The notes: generated by a model not told the origin, from the sequence alone. Shown: positions 8,471 to 18,028, counted from the stretch's first letter. The stretch: DNA of 64,000 nt from Oscillospiraceae bacterium (GCA_015064445.1 SVSE01000002.1:224628-288627), one strand, 5' to 3'. Made by a program: numbers and translations.

Positions 8471-10624
8471 ATGAAAACTGATATTTTAATTGTCGGCTGT
8501 GGCTGTGCAGGTCTTTACTGTGCGCTGAATTTGCCGAAAGACAAGAAAATTACTATTATTACAAAGTCCGATGCTGAAAGCTCTGATTCATTCTTGGCAC
8601 AGGGTGGAATTTGCACCTTGCGTGACGAGGGGGATTTCGATTCCTTCTTTGAGGACACAATGAGGGCAGGACACTACGAAAACGATAAGGAAAGCGTTTC
8701 GATTATGATAAGCTCCTCTCGTGAGGTTACAGATGACCTTATCGCATATGGTGTTGAGTTTCAGCGCGATGAGAATGGCGAGCTTCTTTATACAAAGGAG
8801 GGCGCACATTCAAGCAAGAGAATTCTCTTTTACAAGGACATAACGGGCAAGGAAATCACCTCGAAGCTTCTAAGCAGAGTGCGCGAAAGGGAAAATATAA
8901 CGCTCTTGGAGCATACCACTCTTGTTGACATTATATCGAGGGACAACGAGTGCTTTGGCGCTATAATTCGTGACGACAAGGGCGCACTTCACAAGCTTGA
9001 GTGTGAGCATACCGTGCTCGCAACTGGTGGTATAGGTGGTCTTTACAAGCATTCGACAAACTTCCCACACCTGACAGGCGATGCGCTTGCAATCGCGATA
9101 AGACACGACGTCGAGCTTCAAAATGCAAGCTATGTGCAAATTCATCCGACCACGCTTTACACTAAGGACAAAAAGGACAGGAGCTTCCTTATCTCCGAGA
9201 GCGTGCGTGGCGAGGGAGCGCTTCTCTATAACAAAAATATGGAGCGCTTTGTAAACGAGCTTCTTCCCCGTGACAAGGTAACTGAGGCAATTCACGCACA
9301 AATGGCGCTTGACGGTACTGAATTTGTTTGGGAGGACCTCCGTCCTATTGGCGAGGTCGAGCTTCGTGAGCATTTTCCTAACATTGTTGCTAAATGTGCA
9401 CAGGCTGGCTATGATGTGTTTAAGGAATGTATTCCTGTCGTTCCAGCACAGCACTACTTTATGGGTGGCGTCAAAGTAAATCACGACAGCGCAACGACGA
9501 TGAGGCGTTTATTTGCGATAGGCGAAACGGCATGCAACGGTGTGCACGGCAAAAACAGACTTGCAAGCAACTCGCTTCTTGAAAGCCTTGTGTTTGCTAA
9601 GCGTGCATCAAGGGCGATTGCGTCAGAGGCTTCCGTTAAGAGCGATAGCGCCTTGGTGGCTGGCGTATCACTTGAAAAATATGAAAATCAAGCAGAGCTT
9701 GAAGCTGAATACAAGGACTCCGTTTTAAAGGAAATAGAAAAAGATAAGATAAAATCAAGGAGAATGAATATGTTTGATGAGGTAACTCTTAAATTACAGG
9801 TAGATCCACTTATTTTGAGCGCTTTGCGCGAGGACATTACAAGCGAGGATGTTTCAACCAACAGCGTTATGCCTATGGCTACAAGGGGCGAGGTTGACCT
9901 CATATGCAAGGAGGACGGCATTCTTTGTGGCATGCAGGTGTTTATGCGTGTGTTTACCTTGCTTGATAGTGCAACCGAGTTTGAGGTTTTTGCTAAGGAT
10001 GGCGACGAGATTAAAAAGGGACAGCTTCTTTGCAAGGTGCGTGGAGATATTCGCGTGCTTTTGAGTGGAGAGCGCACTGCCCTTAACTATATGCAAAGAA
10101 TGAGTGGTATTGCTACATATACAAGAGGAGTTGCTTCTCTTCTTGCTGGCACTAAAACAAAGCTTCTTGACACAAGAAAGACAAGCCCTAACAATAGAAT
10201 TTTTGAGAAATATTCCGTGCGAGTTGGTGGTGGCACAAATCATCGCTACAACTTAACTGACGGTGTGCTTTTGAAGGACAACCACATAGGCGCTGCAGGA
10301 AGCGTGCGCAAGGCTGTGCTTATGGCAAAGGAGTATGCTCCATTTGTGCGCAAGATTGAGGTTGAGGTTGAAAGCTACGATATGGTAGTCGAGGCAATCG
10401 AGGCTGGCGCTGATATCATTATGCTTGACAATATGAGTCACGAGGAAATGAAGAAATCAATCGACTTTATCGCAGGTAGAGCCGAGGTTGAGGTTTCGGG
10501 AAATGTCACAAAGGAAAACATCGCGCGTCTAACCGATTTGGGTGTTGACTTTATTTCGAGTGGAGCGCTCACACACTCTGCGCCTATTCTCGACCTTTCT
10601 CTTAAGAATCTTCACGCAATATGA
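8471..10624 (+). CDS. nadB-nadC: L-aspartate oxidase fused in frame to nicotinate-nucleotide (quinolinate) pyrophosphorylase
   Basis: N-terminal FAD fold DILIVGCGCAGLYCA and NadB body to about aa 431. The NadC-like part starts at MNMFDEV (9764/9770) and includes NHRYNLTDGVLLKDNH. No stop codon separates the two parts. Confidence 0.8.
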   Translation: MKTDILIVGCGCAGLYCALNLPKDKKITIITKSDAESSDSFLAQGGICTLRDEGDFDSFFEDTMRAGHYENDKESVSIMISSSREVTDDLIAYGVEFQRDENGELLYTKEGAHSSKRILFYKDITGKEITSKLLSRVRERENITLLEHTTLVDIISRDNECFGAIIRDDKGALHKLECEHTVLATGGIGGLYKHSTNFPHLTGDALAIAIRHDVELQNASYVQIHPTTLYTKDKKDRSFLISESVRGEGALLYNKNMERFVNELLPRDKVTEAIHAQMALDGTEFVWEDLRPIGEVELREHFPNIVAKCAQAGYDVFKECIPVVPAQHYFMGGVKVNHDSATTMRRLFAIGETACNGVHGKNRLASNSLLESLVFAKRASRAIASEASVKSDSALVAGVSLEKYENQAELEAEYKDSVLKEIEKDKIKSRRMNMFDEVTLKLQVDPLILSALREDITSEDVSTNSVMPMATRGEVDLICKEDGILCGMQVFMRVFTLLDSATEFEVFAKDGDEIKKGQLLCKVRGDIRVLLSGERTALNYMQRMSGIATYTRGVASLLAGTKTKLLDTRKTSPNNRIFEKYSVRVGGGTNHRYNLTDGVLLKDNHIGAAGSVRKAVLMAKEYAPFVRKIEVEVESYDMVVEAIEAGADIIMLDNMSHEEMKKSIDFIAGRAEVEVSGNVTKENIARLTDLGVDFISSGALTHSAPILDLSLKNLHAI

Positions 10625-10631
10625 GGTGACT

Positions 10632-11171
10632 ATGACAGGAGAAGAAAGAAGAAAGGAAATACTCTCGCGTCTTGATGGCGCTGACAGGCTTATTTCTGCA
10701 TCTGCCCTTGCAAGGGAGCTTGGAGTGAGTCGTCAGGTTATCGTTGGAGATGTTGCCATTTTGCGTGCGCACGGACACGATATTGTGGCTTTGGCGCGTG
10801 GATATGTGCTTCAAAGGAAATCTGCCTTTGAGCGAGTTTTCAAGGTGTATCATTCTGATGACGATACCGAAAAGGAGCTTAATATCTTCGTTGACGCAGG
10901 TGGCGAATGTGTTGATGTGTTTATCTATCATCGCACATATGGCGAGGTGCACGCACCGATGAATCTTAAATCTCGTGCGAATGTTCAAGCGTTTTTAAGT
11001 GACATCGCCTCTGGCAAATCGAGCTTGCTCAAAAATGTGACCTCGGGCTATCATTATCACACGATAAGCGCTGAATCGCCCGAAATTCTTGATTCAATTG
11101 AGGCACGCTTAAAGGAAAATGGCTTCCTTGCCCCACTTCAAGACTATGAGCCGAGTAATTTAAAAAAATAA
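10632..11171 (+). CDS. niaR: NAD-biosynthesis transcriptional repressor NiaR (HTH + 3H domain)
   Basis: N-terminal HTH (RRKEILSRL...LARELGVSRQVIVGDVAILR) and a 3H-like C-terminus (HYHTI). The ATG at 10632 follows GAGGTGA. Located next to the nad genes. Confidence 0.8.
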   Translation: MTGEERRKEILSRLDGADRLISASALARELGVSRQVIVGDVAILRAHGHDIVALARGYVLQRKSAFERVFKVYHSDDDTEKELNIFVDAGGECVDVFIYHRTYGEVHAPMNLKSRANVQAFLSDIASGKSSLLKNVTSGYHYHTISAESPEILDSIEARLKENGFLAPLQDYEPSNLKK

Positions 11172-11200
11172 AAGGAGTGAAATTCACTCCTTTTTCTTTT
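11170..11200. terminator. bidirectional terminator between niaR and LRR gene 2
   Basis: Stem GGAGTGA/TCACTCC with a 3-nt loop, flanked by A3 and T5. Confidence 0.7.
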
Positions 11201-11201
11201 A

Positions 11202-12758
11202 TTAAAATTCTTCAAGACCGTCCTTGCCTGTTGTAACGAGTGTAGGTGTTGTAACGGTTTGAATTTTTACTGTATAAGCCACGGCATCTCCCTTTGTAAC
11301 CTTGCTTTGCATAGGTGAATAGTTAGGTAATTCAGGTGTGCCAACGGTGTATTCCTTTTGGAAAAGCTTAATGTCGCTCTTGTCAGCCTTAGTATATGAA
11401 TAGCCTGCAAATACAAGCTCGAGATTTTGATGCGCTACATTTGAAAGGTCAAAGCCTGCAACTGATGCGTTAAAGGATGCGTAATTTTGATTAAACTCAA
11501 CCTGAATTGCACCACTTGTAGCATTTATTTTGCCATTTTCATCAAAGAATGTATCGCCTATATAGCTTGGATTGAAGACAACCATACCAAACTTAATGTT
11601 GCCACCCTCGATTTCCTTATATTCATCAAGAACATCATAATTTACGCTAAATCCTGTTGCGATACCTGTTCCGCTTTCCTTTGCCGAATAGCCAAGGCAA
11701 TTAAATATAGCAGGGAAAGATACCGAAGTGCTATGCTTACAGCCCTCGTTTGCACAGCCTGTGATTTTTGCGCCCTCCATATGATAGCCATTTGCGTAAA
11801 CGATAGACACTGAATCGGTGTGAACAGGATTTTCCTCGGCTACTCCCGACGCTCCACATCTTGTACAGTTGATAACGCAAGGATTTCCATCCTCCAAGTG
11901 AACACCGTTAAATGCTACCTCACAAAGATTTGCGTTGTAAGTCACCATATATGTCTTTGCGGTATATAAGCTATTATCGTATGCAGTATATTCTGCAACA
12001 CCTGCCTCGGAAAAACGAGATGTGCTTGAGCCAAGAGTTATAACTCTTTGATAGTCAGAGCCTGTATAATAGGTAACGAACGGTTTGCTATTAGCACTAC
12101 CTAAGGAAGCTGCGCCAAATGTTGTATAATTTTCGGTTACCACAAGAGTGTTAAGTGCCGAGCATGAGTTGAACATATAAGCTCCAATAGTAGAGCCAAG
12201 GAAAACAACCTTTGTAAGATTCTTGCACTCCTTGAATGCATAATCACCTATTGTTGTAAGTGTAGATGGGAATATAACTGAAGTAACTCCTACTCTTGTA
12301 AAAGCATACTGTCCAATTTGAACTGTATTTTCAAGGACCAAGGTTGTAACCGGGGAATCCTGGAACATTCTATCGCCAACCGCTGTGGAATAGCAGTAAG
12401 CCGATGTAAGATTAGGGCAGTTTGCAAACGCGCGTTCTCCAACGCTTGCAACAGAGCTTGGAACGGTTACTGATGTTATGTTGCTATTGCCGCCACCGGA
12501 GTTTTGGCTACCAAACGCCTTCGCTGCAATTGCGGTTACATTATACTCAGCGTTGTTGTATGTAACCTTGCTTGGAATTACAACCACTGATTTTTTACAG
12601 TTTTTTTGGTTACTTGACGACACGGTAGCCTGCATTGTGCTATCGTTAAGGTCATAATAAATCTCGTCAATAAGAACGGTTGCCGCTGATACTGAAATTG
12701 CAAGCACGCAAGTGAGGAACGCCATTATCATAAGGGCAAAAAGGATTTTTCTTTTCAT
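11202..12758 (-). CDS. secreted BspA-type LRR surface protein, paralog 2
   Basis: Signal peptide MKRKILFALMIMAFLTCVLAISVSA. LRR_5-like repeats (AFANCPNLTS, AFKECKNLTKV). Cys-rich region. C-terminal 167-aa module (11202-11705) shared with the other two paralogs. Confidence 0.8.
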   Translation of the reverse strand: MKRKILFALMIMAFLTCVLAISVSAATVLIDEIYYDLNDSTMQATVSSSNQKNCKKSVVVIPSKVTYNNAEYNVTAIAAKAFGSQNSGGGNSNITSVTVPSSVASVGERAFANCPNLTSAYCYSTAVGDRMFQDSPVTTLVLENTVQIGQYAFTRVGVTSVIFPSTLTTIGDYAFKECKNLTKVVFLGSTIGAYMFNSCSALNTLVVTENYTTFGAASLGSANSKPFVTYYTGSDYQRVITLGSSTSRFSEAGVAEYTAYDNSLYTAKTYMVTYNANLCEVAFNGVHLEDGNPCVINCTRCGASGVAEENPVHTDSVSIVYANGYHMEGAKITGCANEGCKHSTSVSFPAIFNCLGYSAKESGTGIATGFSVNYDVLDEYKEIEGGNIKFGMVVFNPSYIGDTFFDENGKINATSGAIQVEFNQNYASFNASVAGFDLSNVAHQNLELVFAGYSYTKADKSDIKLFQKEYTVGTPELPNYSPMQSKVTKGDAVAYTVKIQTVTTPTLVTTGKDGLEEF

Positions 12759-12917
12759 AAAGCCTCTCCTTAAAATTTAGAATATGAGTGTTCGCTAATT
12801 CCATTATAGCATAATTGTTTTTACAATTGAATTGCAAAATTATGCGTTTTTATTGTATTTTTGCGCACAAAGCATCAAATTTGTGAAAAAACAGTTAAGA
12901 ATTTACTTGATCTAAAA

Positions 12918-13724
12918 TTATACCTGTGAAAAAATTTCAAGCTTGGTTTTTTTGAGAATTTTCGAGATAAGCTTAGAGGTAAAGCGTGGGAAGCATCTAT
13001 ACATAAAGCTCATCATATGGGCATCTGCGCCGACGATAATACGCGCCTTGCGTCTTCTTAGCCTACGCATAATTTTGCTTACGGTTTTATCAAGTGGGGC
13101 GCAAACCTTCGAAAACAGTCTTGCATCCTTTTCAGATGCGCCTTGATTTTTCATAATATCTGTTTTGACAAAGCCCGTCATTATGCTTGACACATAAATG
13201 TCCTTGTTCTCGCTTGCCATACATTCAAAGTACATTCTTACAGCGCTCTTTGATGCGCAATATGCACTAACTCCTGCAAATGGGCACAGCGCACTTGACG
13301 ATGAAAAGGAAATTATCGCACCCTGTGTCGATTTTTTGATGATCGGGAGCATAGCCTCGGTTGCGTAAACCTGTGCCATAAAGTTAATTTCCATAATCTT
13401 GGCAACGCTATCGGAGCTTGAATTTTCAACCGATGCAAACTTTGGCAATGCGCCTGCACAGTTGATAAGTGTATCGACAATTACACCCTCGCTATCAAGC
13501 CTCTTAGCAAGCTCGCACCACGCGTCCTTATCAGTTGCGTCAAAGGGAGTGGGGATAAATCGCTCCCCAAGAGAGTCCTTGATTTCATCAAGAAGCTCTG
13601 CGCGTCTTGCAACTCCGTACACGGTAGCGCCGAATTTCAAAACGAGCCTTTTGGCAATTTCCTTGCCTATTCCACTTGATGCGCCAGTCAAAATTACTGT
13701 CTTATTTGTAAAATCGTATCTCAT
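12918..13724 (-). CDS. short-chain dehydrogenase/reductase (SDR) family oxidoreductase
   Basis: TGASSGIGKEIA cofactor motif and YCASKSAV catalytic motif. The ATG at 13724 is preceded by AAAGG; the ORF extension to 13748 starts with GTG inside the upstream terminator. Confidence 0.8.
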   Translation of the reverse strand: MRYDFTNKTVILTGASSGIGKEIAKRLVLKFGATVYGVARRAELLDEIKDSLGERFIPTPFDATDKDAWCELAKRLDSEGVIVDTLINCAGALPKFASVENSSSDSVAKIMEINFMAQVYATEAMLPIIKKSTQGAIISFSSSSALCPFAGVSAYCASKSAVRMYFECMASENKDIYVSSIMTGFVKTDIMKNQGASEKDARLFSKVCAPLDKTVSKIMRRLRRRKARIIVGADAHMMSFMYRCFPRFTSKLISKILKKTKLEIFSQV

Positions 13725-13732
13725 ATTTACCT

Positions 13733-13764
13733 TTTCAAAAGACCACACTTTTGGTGTGGTCCTT
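13733..13764 (-). terminator. intrinsic terminator after kdgK
   Basis: Stem GACCACAC/GTGTGGTC with loop TTTT. A T tract follows on the minus strand. Confidence 0.6.
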
Positions 13765-13793
13765 GCTTTTATTAAAGTGCTTTTAAAAGTGAA

Positions 13794-14825
13794 TTATCTT
13801 TGTACGCGTCCGCTTCCGCCACCCTTAATAAGTCCTTCAACCTCTTTTACGCTTACAAGGTTGTAGTCGCCTATTATTGTGTGCTTGAGGCAGGATGCTG
13901 CAACTGCAAATTCGATTACATCCTGTGGTGCCTTGTTCATAAGTGAAGCATAGATAAGTCCACCACCAAAGGAGTCGCCACCGCCTACACGGTCAACGAT
14001 ATGTATATCATATGAGCGAGAGAAGAAATACTCGTTCTCCTTTGCGTCATAAAGCATTGCTGCCCACTTGTTATCGTTAGCTGAAATGCTTGTACGAAGA
14101 GTGATTGCTACTCTCTTGAAGCCAAAGCGCTCTGAGAGCTGCTTTGCAACGCTCTTATAGCCATCGTGATTTACAACACCTGCATCAACATCTGTGTTCT
14201 CAGCCTTGATTCCGAATACCTTTTCAGCATCCTCCTCGTTTGCAATACAAACATCAACGAGCTTCATAAGCTCTCCCATTGTCTTGCCTGCCTGCTCACT
14301 TGTCCAGAGATTCTTTCTAAAGTTGAGGTCACAGCTTGTTGTGATATTCTTTTCACGACATACCTTGAGTGCGTCCATACAAATCTCAGGAAGCTCTCCA
14401 CCAAGTGCTGGTGTAATTCCTGTGAAGTGGAACCAGTCAGCGCCCTCAAGAATCTTATTCCAGTCAAAGTCCTCTCTCTTTGCAAGAGCAATAGCAGAAT
14501 AAGCACGGTCGTAAATTACCTTTGATGGACGCTGTGAAGCACCTGTTTCAAGGTAATAAATACCAACTCTGTCGCCACCTCTTACGATATCAGAGGTATC
14601 AACGCCATAACGACGGAGCGAGTTAACTGCGCTCTGACCGATTTCATGAGAAGGGAGCTTAGTTACATATGATGCGTCAATTCCATAGTTAGCAAGAGAT
14701 ACTGCAACATTCGCCTCTCCACCACCGTAGGTAGCGCCAAAGGTGTCGGTCTGGATAAATCTTGTGTAGCCTGCTGGATTGAGTCTTAGCATTATTTCGC
14801 CAAAGCATACTGTTTTCATAGTCAA
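13794..14825 (-). CDS. kdgK: 2-dehydro-3-deoxygluconokinase-like PfkB sugar kinase
   Basis: N-terminus CFGEIMLRLNP and C-terminal GGGDSFGGGLIYA are typical of KdgK. The start is either TTG at 14825 or ATG at 14819. Confidence 0.65.
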   Translation of the reverse strand: MTMKTVCFGEIMLRLNPAGYTRFIQTDTFGATYGGGEANVAVSLANYGIDASYVTKLPSHEIGQSAVNSLRRYGVDTSDIVRGGDRVGIYYLETGASQRPSKVIYDRAYSAIALAKREDFDWNKILEGADWFHFTGITPALGGELPEICMDALKVCREKNITTSCDLNFRKNLWTSEQAGKTMGELMKLVDVCIANEEDAEKVFGIKAENTDVDAGVVNHDGYKSVAKQLSERFGFKRVAITLRTSISANDNKWAAMLYDAKENEYFFSRSYDIHIVDRVGGGDSFGGGLIYASLMNKAPQDVIEFAVAASCLKHTIIGDYNLVSVKEVEGLIKGGGSGRVQR

Positions 14826-14886
14826 TAATTTCCTTTTTTATATAAATTTTCTTACACCACTATTTTACTCCAACTTGGCATGATAG

Positions 14887-15768
14887 TCAAGTGCTTTGCG
14901 AGTATTTTTCGTAGTAAAATAAATATTGCTGTGCAATTCCTGCGCTTTTGCCAAGTGATTGAACATCAATTCCGTTTGGAAAATATTTTTCCAAGGTGCG
15001 ATTTATATGTACATCTCGCGGGAAAGCCTCGGTTTTGCCAAAGCCAAAAAGGAGTGCGCACGAGGCAACCTTAAGCCCTATTCCCTTTACCTGACAAAGA
15101 TGCGCAACGCACGCATCAAAATCATCGCTTGCCATAACGCCCTCGATATCTACGCTTCCGTTCTTGATTTTTTCGCACGCATCGGCGATGTATTTTGCCC
15201 TAAAGCCCATTCTAAGCGAGAAAAGCTCCTGCTCGCTTGCCTGTGACAGCTCCTCATTTGAGGGGAAGGTGTAGTCGATTTTGTCAAAAAGAGCGACACT
15301 GTGTCCGTAATTTTGGCAAATTGAGGCGATTATCTTCTTAATTCTTGGAATGTTATTATTCTGCGAGATTATAAACGAAATGATAGCCTCATATGGCTCT
15401 TGACGCAATATTCTGATACCATTTCCGTACTCTAGCGCCCTTTGCATATGTGGCGAGTCGGCTTGGCTTAAGATCTGCGCATTGACCTTATCATAATCGA
15501 CATCAAGAGAAAGATATTTTCTCCAAATTTGCCAATAATCCTCCTCGGTTGAGTTGTAAATTATGAGCTCGTTCTCGTGGTTTTGTGCAAAAATCACATA
15601 TTTACCATGTGCCACTCCACCGACCTCAATTTTGTTGCCAAAGCGCTCTAATGTATCAAAGCGAAAGCATTGACCACAATCAAAGGTCTTGAAAAGAGAT
15701 ATTCTCGGTGTATCGGTTATATGGACTGCGTGGACACCGTCCACACAAAATTCTCTTACCTTTTCCAT
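14887..15768 (-). CDS. ogg: 8-oxoguanine DNA glycosylase/AP lyase (HhH-GPD, OGG family)
   Basis: FDCGQCFRF N-domain. HhH-GPD segment GIGLKVASCALLFGFGKTEAFPRDVHI carries the catalytic Lys and Asp. The ATG overlaps the ribU stop (TAATG). Confidence 0.7.
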   Translation of the reverse strand: MEKVREFCVDGVHAVHITDTPRISLFKTFDCGQCFRFDTLERFGNKIEVGGVAHGKYVIFAQNHENELIIYNSTEEDYWQIWRKYLSLDVDYDKVNAQILSQADSPHMQRALEYGNGIRILRQEPYEAIISFIISQNNNIPRIKKIIASICQNYGHSVALFDKIDYTFPSNEELSQASEQELFSLRMGFRAKYIADACEKIKNGSVDIEGVMASDDFDACVAHLCQVKGIGLKVASCALLFGFGKTEAFPRDVHINRTLEKYFPNGIDVQSLGKSAGIAQQYLFYYEKYSQST

Positions 15769-16421
15769 TAAATGATACCTCCCATAACGAGAAGTCCAAG
15801 CACGCAAGCGCTAACGAGAAGAACGCAAACGACAATCAAAAGCACCTTGACATTGCCCTTTTTGCCCTCTGAGCTATCAAGCAATCTCGCGCCACGCATA
15901 GCCTTAACCACTGGTTTATAAAGAAGCATTGCAAGTGATGCGTTAAGTGCGCCCTTGATAAGATTGAAGGGCAAAAATACTGTTGCAAGCATTCCTGCAA
16001 CGACGCTTCTATCAATTCCCATATAAAGTGGTGTGATAAGATAATTCCAAAGCACCATTGTTACAGCCATTGACACAACGCCTGTGCAAAGTCCGATTAC
16101 AGCGCCTGAAAATGTACGCTTTTTGTGATAAATAACGCTTGCAGGCAAGGCAAAGGCACAGCTTGAAATTATATTCATAAGAAAGCCGATAGGTCCAGTT
16201 GTGCTTATTGTAATCAGCTCCAAAAGCGCTGTTATCGTGCTTATTATAATGGTCGGAATAGGACCGACAATAAAGCCTGCGATTACGATGATTATATCCT
16301 TTGGGTCATAGTCAAGGAAGCCTGCGACCTTTATCGGTATTAAATTTCCAAGACAGGTAAGCGCGTAAGCGAGCGCCGAAAACATTCCTGTCATTACTAT
16401 TTTCTTTGTTGACTTATTCAT
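15768..16421 (-). CDS. ribU: riboflavin transporter, ECF S-component
   Basis: Multi-pass membrane protein of 217 aa, immediately downstream of an FMN riboswitch. Confidence 0.8.
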   Translation of the reverse strand: MNKSTKKIVMTGMFSALAYALTCLGNLIPIKVAGFLDYDPKDIIIVIAGFIVGPIPTIIISTITALLELITISTTGPIGFLMNIISSCAFALPASVIYHKKRTFSGAVIGLCTGVVSMAVTMVLWNYLITPLYMGIDRSVVAGMLATVFLPFNLIKGALNASLAMLLYKPVVKAMRGARLLDSSEGKKGNVKVLLIVVCVLLVSACVLGLLVMGGII

Positions 16422-16433
16422 TTTAGCTCCTTA

Positions 16434-16592
16434 AAAAACAAAAATCGTCCTTTCAGGACGACAAAAGAAAATATCATCTGACACCTTCTTCCATCCAGAC
16501 TTTACTGTCGGTCTTGGAATTACACCAAGTCAGCACCAAAGGCGCTCGTGGACTGTACCACCGGTCGGGAATTTCACCCTGCCCTGAAGATT
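16434..16592 (-). promoter_or_regulatory. FMN riboswitch (RFN element) with terminator expression platform
   Basis: The minus strand reads TCTTCAGGGCAGGGTGAAATTCCCGACCGGTGGTACAGTCCACGAGCGCC...GGTGTAATTCCAAGACCGACAGTAAAGTCTGGATGGAAGAAGG, which matches the RFN core. It is followed by hairpin TCGTCC-TGAAA-GGACGA plus a T tract (plus 16434-16461), then the RBS AAGGAG. Confidence 0.9.
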
Positions 16593-16750
16593 TACACTAA
16601 AATTATATTCCATATTCTTGACTTTGTCAAGTCAGTTCTAAAAAATTACAAAAAATCTCAAAAAAATTCTAAATTTCTATTGATATTAAAAAAAACCTGT
16701 GATAAAATATTTCTATCAAAAATTAAAGAACAAATATCGGAGGTAAGTAT

Positions 16751-17752
16751 ATGAGTTCTAATGTAAGACCAGATTCAATGAAAAGAATTAACACTTTCGA
16801 GCTTGCAAATGCGTTTATCGATGAGCAGGTTGCCGAAATCAGAGCGCAGGTTGGCGCAAAGAAGGTGCTTTTGGCGCTTTCTGGTGGAGTTGACTCCAGC
16901 GTTGTTGCTGCTCTTCTTATTAAGGCTATCGGAAAGCAGCTCGTTTGCGTTCATGTAAACCATGGACTTATGCGCAAGGGCGAGAGTGAGCAGGTTATCG
17001 AGGTGTTTGGTAAGCAGCTCAATGCAAACCTTGTATATATTGATGCAACTGACCGTTATCTTGACAAGCTCGCTGGAGTTAGCGACCCAGAGACAAAGCG
17101 TAAAATTATCGGTGGCGAATTCATTCGTATTTTCGAGGAAGAGGCAAGAAAGCTTGAGGGCGTTGATTTCTTGGCACAGGGCACAATTTATCCTGACATT
17201 CTCGAAAGCGTAAAGCAGGCAGAGGGCAAAAAGGCTGTCAAGTCTCACCACAATGTTGGTGGTCTTCCTGATGACCTTCAGTTCGAGCTTGTTGAGCCTA
17301 TTAAGCTTCTCTTTAAGGATGAGGTTAGAGTTGTAGGCGAGGCGCTCGGTCTTCCACACGAGATGGTATATCGTCAGCCATTCCCAGGACCAGGTCTTGG
17401 TGTAAGATGCCTTGGCGCCATCACAAGAGATAGACTCCACGCACTTCGTGAGGCTGATGCAATTCTTCGTGAAGAGTTTGACATTGCAGGTCTTAACAAA
17501 ACTGTATGGCAGTACTTCATTGTAATTCCTGACATCAAGAGCGTTGGTGTTAAGGACGAAAGCCGTTATGAGGGCTGGCCTGCAATCATTCGTGCTGTAA
17601 ATACAAAAGATGCAATGAGCGCAACAATTGAGGAAATTCCTTACGCAATTCTCCACAAGATTACAAAGAGAATCACAAGCGAGGTTGAGGGCATTAACCG
17701 TGTTCTCTACGACCTCACTCCAAAGCCAACTGGCACAATCGAGTGGGAATAA
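16751..17752 (+). CDS. guaA: GMP synthase, ATP-pyrophosphatase and dimerisation domains only (no GATase domain)
   Basis: PP-loop LALSGGVDSSV, VSDPETKRKIIGGEF, and the C-terminal GuaA dimerisation end PTGTIEWE. 333 aa. The upstream 160 nt is non-coding. Confidence 0.85.
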   Translation: MSSNVRPDSMKRINTFELANAFIDEQVAEIRAQVGAKKVLLALSGGVDSSVVAALLIKAIGKQLVCVHVNHGLMRKGESEQVIEVFGKQLNANLVYIDATDRYLDKLAGVSDPETKRKIIGGEFIRIFEEEARKLEGVDFLAQGTIYPDILESVKQAEGKKAVKSHHNVGGLPDDLQFELVEPIKLLFKDEVRVVGEALGLPHEMVYRQPFPGPGLGVRCLGAITRDRLHALREADAILREEFDIAGLNKTVWQYFIVIPDIKSVGVKDESRYEGWPAIIRAVNTKDAMSATIEEIPYAILHKITKRITSEVEGINRVLYDLTPKPTGTIEWE

Positions 17753-17767
17753 TTTTGAACTATAAAT

Positions 17768-17794
17768 AAAAGAGCGGAAATTCCGCTCTTTTTT
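17768..17794. terminator. bidirectional terminator after guaA and the small minus-strand gene
   Basis: AAAGAGCGG-AAATT-CCGCTCTTT with T tracts in both orientations. Confidence 0.7.
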
Positions 17795-17800
17795 GTTCTT

Positions 17801-18001
17801 TTATTCTCTGCCGATTAGCATTGTACAGCAGTCGCCTTGTGCGACTATTCTGCCATAAAAGTCGGTTGTAACATTACGACTCTTATAATAGTAGCCGAGA
17901 ATTTTGCGTGAAAACGCTCTCACAACCTTGTCGCCGTTTGGTTTAGTTTCGATGTAGGCAATTATTCTGCCCGAAAATTCTCTGATAATTTCCTCTGCCA
18001 T
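17801..18001 (-). CDS. small hypothetical protein (66 aa) with three internal G-[RK]-I-[ILV] repeats
   Basis: MAEEIIREFSGRIIAYIETKPNGDKVVRAFSRKILGYYYKSRNVTTDFYGRIVAQGD. RBS GGAAGGG lies upstream of the ATG at 18001. The longer ORF to 18127 reads through the duplicated phosphatase fragment. Confidence 0.5.
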   Translation of the reverse strand: MAEEIIREFSGRIIAYIETKPNGDKVVRAFSRKILGYYYKSRNVTTDFYGRIVAQGDCCTMLIGRE

Positions 18002-18028
18002 TTTAGTTTTCCCTTCCATTTCTCCAAG

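Noticed and set aside
16593-16750. A purine or guanine riboswitch upstream of guaA.
   Set aside because: The region is almost pure A/T, with a TTGATA...GATAAAAT promoter-like pair. No three-way-junction core (for example a UAUAAUCGCG...CCGACUAUG-like sequence) is present.
16548-16754. 68-aa plus-strand ORF between ribU and guaA.
   Set aside because: It overlaps the FMN riboswitch on the opposite strand and the AT-rich guaA promoter region. It has no RBS, and its composition is dominated by Lys, Ile and Phe derived from A/T tracts.
16775-17656. Long antisense ORFs inside well-supported genes: 293 aa opposite guaA, 8870-9484 opposite nadB, 35204-35767 opposite lepA, 45391-45921 opposite proB, 27250-27894 opposite GH-like paralog 2, and 61970-62695 plus 62368-62874 opposite the Dabb/ZIP genes.
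   Set aside because: Their translations are low-complexity and rich in Cys, Arg, Ser and Lys, with no motifs, RBSs or plausible starts. Long stop-free antisense frames are a known by-product of strong codon bias in the sense gene.
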